Positions 60,190 to 64,000 of a DNA stretch of 64,000 bases are shown here, in pieces. A program made the translations under genes and the position numbers. The notes beneath the pieces were generated by a model. The model did no database searches. It was given only the letters and a program-made list of their open reading frames with translations, and had not been told where the DNA came from. Numbering within the stretch: position 1 is the first letter of the stretch; every line of letters begins with the position of its first letter. The stretch is from Longimicrobiales bacterium. Its GTDB lineage: Bacteria > Gemmatimonadota > Gemmatimonadetes > Longimicrobiales > Gaopeijiaceae. The stretch covers positions 1,792,001 through 1,856,000 of the forward strand of contig OZ220732.1 of assembly GCA_965116905.1 (NCBI GenBank), read 5' to 3'.

Positions 60190-62526
60190 ATGAATACAAG
60201 TACCGCCATCCATGCCCGCCGGCCGGGCATGTCCGGAGTCCGTGCGTTGGTCTCCCTGTGCGCCTGCGGGATGGCTGCGGTGGTCCCTGGAACTCCCCTC
60301 TTCGCCCAGAACTCCCCGGTCGGCGCCGTCGCCGGCGACCCCGGGAGCAGGCTGGCCACGTCCGCGGCGGCCACGGAGATCACGGAGGCGCCCGCGATCG
60401 ACGGGCGTCTCGACGAGGCGGTGTGGCGGCAGGGGGTCGCGCTGACCGGCTTCACCCAGCGCGTGCCCTTCGACGGACAGCCCGCCAGCGAGCGCACCGA
60501 GGTGCGCGTGATCTTCGACGACCAGGCGCTCTACGTCGGCGTCTGGGCCTTCGACAGCCAGGCCGACGCCATCACGTACGGCGAGCGGATTCGCGACTAC
60601 GAAGTGAACCAGAGCGACGCCGTCGTCTTCGTGCTCGACACCTACAACGACGACCAGAACGGGTTCGTCTTCGGGACCACCCCGACCGGGATCGAATACG
60701 ACGGTCAGGTCGCCAACGAGGGACGCGGCGGAGGCCGCTTCCAGGGAGGCGGCTTCAACTCCCGGCAGCGCTTCCAGTCCGGGTCCGGCGGCGGCTTCAA
60801 CAAGAACTGGGACGGCAGCTGGACCGTCGCCACGACCACCGACGGCGAAGGCTGGTACGCCGAGTTCCGCATCCCCTTCAACACGCTGCGCTACGGGAAC
60901 GACAACGACGCCTGGGGCTTCAACGTCATCCGCCGCATCCGGCGGCTCAACGAGGAGTCGTTCTGGACCCCGGTCCCGCGCGAATTCAACCTCTACCGCC
61001 TGAACTACGCGGGCGACCTGGAGGGACTCAGACCGCCGCTCCGGCGCCTCGCCACCGTCACCCCGTACATGCTGGGCTCGACCGGACGCGACTACACGTC
61101 CGCCACCAGCTTCTCGCGGGACGGCAACCTCGGCGGCGAGGTGAAGTTCCAGGTCACGCAGGGCCTCACCCTCGACGTGACGTACAACACCGACTTCGCC
61201 CAGGTCGAGGTCGACGATCAGCAGCTCAACCTGACCCGCTTCTCGCTCAACTTCCCCGAGAAGCGGCCCTTCTTCCTTGAGAACGCCGGGTTCTTCAACG
61301 TCGGGGGCGGAGGCGCCGACCTCTTCTTCAGCCGGCGGATCGGGATCGCGAGCGGACAGCCGGTGCCCATCCGGGGCGGAGCGCGGCTCTCGGGACGCGC
61401 CGCCGGGCTGAACGTCGGGCTCCTGCACATCCAGACCGACGCGGCAGCCAGCCTGGCCGACGCGCACGGCTATTCCGTGGCACGGATTGCCAGGGAACTG
61501 CCCAACCGCTCACGCATCGGCGGGCTCTTCGTGAACAAGAGTGGGCCCGACGGCGACTTCAACCGCACCTACGCGGCCGATGTCTCGGTGGGAATCGGCG
61601 AGGCGCTGACCTTCAGCAGCTTCGTCTCCCAGACGGACGATCCCGGATCCGTCGGCGACGAGTACGCCTGGGATGTCTCGGGCAACTGGAGCAGCCGCAC
61701 CTGGACATTCACCGGCCAGGCCCGCGAGATCGGCCAGGGCTTCAACCCCGAAGTCGGCTTCCTGCCGCGGCGGGGCTACCGGTACTACCAGTACTACGCG
61801 ATGCACAGGATCCATCCCTCGTGGCTCCGGGAGATCCGTCCGCACGTCTCCTACTACACCTACGACAGCAGGAAGACCGGCGTCGAGCACGGCTTCCAGG
61901 AGTCGGCGCGCCTGCACATCGATTCACACTGGGAGTGGCCGTCGGGCGCACAAATCCATACCGGCGCGAATCTCAACACCGAGGGCATTTACGCCCCGTT
62001 CGAGATCCTCGGCACGGGTGTGGTCGTGCCGGAGGGGAACTACAGCGGCTGGGAATCCCAGCTCGTCTTCAACAGCAACCCGGCGGCCAGGTTCTCCGCG
62101 ACATCGCGCATCAACTTCGGGAGCTTCCTGAGCGGCTCGCGGTGGGGCGGCAACGGGTCGCTCACCTTCCGGCCCAACGCGTCGTTCAGCACGTCGGCGC
62201 GCATCAACTACTTCGACGTGAACCTTCCGCAGGGGCAGTTCGAGACCGTCCTGCTCGGCATGAACTTCGGCTACTTCATCACGCCGCGGATCTACCTGCA
62301 GTCGCTGGTGCAGTACAGCAACCAGATCGACAGCTGGTCCGCCAACCTCCGCTTCGGCTGGCTCAACACGGCCGGAACCGGGCTCTTCATCGTCTACAAC
62401 GACGTCCAGGGCTTCGACTATCCGGACGGGCTCAACCCCGACGGAGGACGGTTCGTGGAGAGCGGCACGCTGGCGCGCTCGTTCATCGTGAAGTTCACGC
62501 GGCAGTTCAACCTGCTGGGCGGGTAG
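60190..62526 (+). CDS. CBM9-like / DUF5916 domain outer-membrane protein
   Basis: IDGRLDEAVW, W.AEFRIPF..LRY, N.DFAQVE.D...NL.RF....PEKRPFFLE. Confidence 0.85.
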   Translation: MNTSTAIHARRPGMSGVRALVSLCACGMAAVVPGTPLFAQNSPVGAVAGDPGSRLATSAAATEITEAPAIDGRLDEAVWRQGVALTGFTQRVPFDGQPASERTEVRVIFDDQALYVGVWAFDSQADAITYGERIRDYEVNQSDAVVFVLDTYNDDQNGFVFGTTPTGIEYDGQVANEGRGGGRFQGGGFNSRQRFQSGSGGGFNKNWDGSWTVATTTDGEGWYAEFRIPFNTLRYGNDNDAWGFNVIRRIRRLNEESFWTPVPREFNLYRLNYAGDLEGLRPPLRRLATVTPYMLGSTGRDYTSATSFSRDGNLGGEVKFQVTQGLTLDVTYNTDFAQVEVDDQQLNLTRFSLNFPEKRPFFLENAGFFNVGGGGADLFFSRRIGIASGQPVPIRGGARLSGRAAGLNVGLLHIQTDAAASLADAHGYSVARIARELPNRSRIGGLFVNKSGPDGDFNRTYAADVSVGIGEALTFSSFVSQTDDPGSVGDEYAWDVSGNWSSRTWTFTGQAREIGQGFNPEVGFLPRRGYRYYQYYAMHRIHPSWLREIRPHVSYYTYDSRKTGVEHGFQESARLHIDSHWEWPSGAQIHTGANLNTEGIYAPFEILGTGVVVPEGNYSGWESQLVFNSNPAARFSATSRINFGSFLSGSRWGGNGSLTFRPNASFSTSARINYFDVNLPQGQFETVLLGMNFGYFITPRIYLQSLVQYSNQIDSWSANLRFGWLNTAGTGLFIVYNDVQGFDYPDGLNPDGGRFVESGTLARSFIVKFTRQFNLLGG

Positions 62527-62534
62527 CCGGCGAA

Positions 62535-62561
62535 TCATGAGAGCATTATCATGATTCATGA
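62535..62561. promoter_or_regulatory. Probable TA operator: three TCATGA palindromes overlapping the antitoxin start
   Basis: TCATGA at 62535, 62549 and 62556 in an AT-rich patch. Confidence 0.6.
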
Positions 62562-62887
62562 AATATTCTAATGAACGATCGGCCGGGCGGCGTGTCGCGG
62601 AGCCGGTTCAGGTCTACCTGCGTCCGGCCGAACAGGATCGACTCGAGCGGCTGACCGCGAAGCTGGACACCACCAAGTCCGATGTCCTGCGGCGGGGGCT
62701 GGAGGCGCTGGAGGGCCAGCTGTCGGATCCGGAGCGTCACCCGGTGCTGGGAATCATCGGCATGGTGTCGACGGCGCATGCCCCGGGGGTCGACGTGGCG
62801 CGGGGGCATGACGTGTATCTGGCCGCCACCGAGGCGGCTTCCTGGGCCAGCCGCCGGCGCGTGCGCGGAGGGCGCGGTTCGGAGTGA
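62558..62887 (+). CDS. vapB: Ribbon-helix-helix (CopG-like) antitoxin
   Basis: VQVYL...RLERL......SDVLRRGL; overlaps the PIN gene (GTGA). Confidence 0.78.
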   Translation: MKYSNERSAGRRVAEPVQVYLRPAEQDRLERLTAKLDTTKSDVLRRGLEALEGQLSDPERHPVLGIIGMVSTAHAPGVDVARGHDVYLAATEAASWASRRRVRGGRGSE

Positions 62888-63300
62888 AGGGCCTCTTCGT
62901 CGACACAAGCGCGTGGTACCCGCTCGCCGACCGCGGTCACCCCGACCACGCCGCACTGGCCCGGACGCTGCGGGAGCGGGTGCGGCAGGGCGCGCGTATC
63001 GTGACCACCAATGTCGTGGTGGGCGAGACGCACGCCCTGCTGCTTCGTCGGGCCGGACAAGCGGCCGCTCTCGCCTTCGTGGAGGCGGTCCGGCGGGCCC
63101 CGAACCGGATCGAGTGCGTCACGGCGGAGCGCGAGGAGGAGGCGATCGGTCGCTGGCTGGAACGCTTCGCCGACCAGAAGTTCTCTCTTGTCGATGCCTG
63201 CAGCTTCGCGGTGATGAGCGAGCTGGGCATCCGCGAGGCGCTGACGCTCGATCACCACTTTGCGGTTGCGGGGTTCGTGGTCCTGCCGGGGCAGGGCTGA
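62884..63300 (+). CDS. vapC: PIN-domain toxin
   Basis: FVDTSAW, E, SLVDACSF, LTLD.HF acidic PIN motifs. Confidence 0.92.
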   Translation: MKGLFVDTSAWYPLADRGHPDHAALARTLRERVRQGARIVTTNVVVGETHALLLRRAGQAAALAFVEAVRRAPNRIECVTAEREEEAIGRWLERFADQKFSLVDACSFAVMSELGIREALTLDHHFAVAGFVVLPGQG

Positions 63301-63302
63301 GG

Positions 63303-63545
63303 CTAAGCGCGCGGGGAGGAAGAAGCGGCAAAGGCCACCGCCAGCATTACGAGTGCTCCCGGGGCATAACCGATCCCTATCGAGGCCGCTCCCAGAACGC
63401 AGAAAGCCAGCATCACCACGGTGTTGACCCACAACAGAGTAATCGTCATGGCTCGGCCGCCAGGATTCGATACGGCGACTGCCAGGAACAATCCGGAAAC
63501 GACGATCGGCGCGAGCAGTGCCAGTACCGCCTGGAGTCCGTTCAT
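63303..63545 (-). CDS. Small hydrophobic membrane protein
   Basis: About 80 aa with three hydrophobic segments; no family recognised. Confidence 0.45.
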   Translation of the reverse strand: MNGLQAVLALLAPIVVSGLFLAVAVSNPGGRAMTITLLWVNTVVMLAFCVLGAASIGIGYAPGALVMLAVAFAASSSPRA

Positions 63546-63788
63546 CTCAATGAGGGAGGATGACAGCCCTGTCACAATGGTGGTGGCCGTGCCGTCGGGA
63601 CCCAGGCTGGACTGGGTCGAGCAGGACAAGCCTGCCTGCCGAAGGGACTGCAAGGCTTGAACGAGTGCGGCCGGCGTGGTCCGAAGGGGCGCCGTGCGGC
63701 CGCGGATGTCTGGCCGCTTTCCCTCGCCGCCTCTACCATGTCGGGAGTCCACAGCCGACTTGCAGACCGTCCCGAGCCCGAGACCCGC

Positions 63789-64000
63789 ATGAACACCGAC
63801 CTTTACCGATCCAATCGCCGCGCTCGCGCAGCCACCGCGCCCGCCACCGCGCCCCTGGCCGCGTTCGTTGCCGCCGCAGCCCTCGTCGCAGCCGCCTGCA
63901 CCGAGGCCGGCCCCCCGTCCGGCCAGCCCGCCGACGCTGCTCCCTTCGACGTCCTCCTGACGAACGCCCGCGTCGTCGATGGCGCCGGCAACCCCTGGTT
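63789..64000 (+). CDS. D-aminoacylase-like amidohydrolase, 5' part (runs off the window)
   Basis: Manual translation: lipobox AAAC then FDVLLTNARVVDGAGNPW. Confidence 0.8.
   Translation, partial: MNTDLYRSNRRARAATAPATAPLAAFVAAAALVAAACTEAGPPSGQPADAAPFDVLLTNARVVDGAGNPW

Overview
High-GC bacterial chromosomal window. The gene content (many secreted 6-bladed/NHL beta-propeller lipoproteins, S9 peptidases, D-aminoacylases, a BNR/VPS10 protein, a DUF5916-type protein) resembles Gemmatimonadota; that assignment is inference. Most of the window is ordinary metabolism: ggt, ppk2-sixA, a P450, fbaB, asd, cobB, metY, pncB-pncA, ppk1, menF-D-B-A-E-tyrS and a vapBC pair. The accessory core is a nested mobile element at about 21.6-29.8 kb. 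An IS110/IS1111-family IS (sub-terminal inverted repeats, AGTTTA at both junctions, readable bridge/seekRNA-like 3' region) has its transposase split exactly in frame by a 6,813-bp integrative mobilizable element (IME). The IME carries a tyrosine integrase, a ColE1-like mbeCABD module with oriT, and two cargo lipoprotein genes, and is flanked by a 7-bp TGGCCCA repeat. The most striking observation is that the integrase start codon sits in a toehold-switch-like hairpin with the SD in the loop, while a perfect 17-nt complement of the hairpin's 5' arm lies inside a stem-loop at the opposite end of the element. Excision would place that complement about 150 nt downstream of int. This is a candidate natural RNA strand-displacement switch that senses circularisation. 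All RNA structures were read by eye; no folding or database searches were run.
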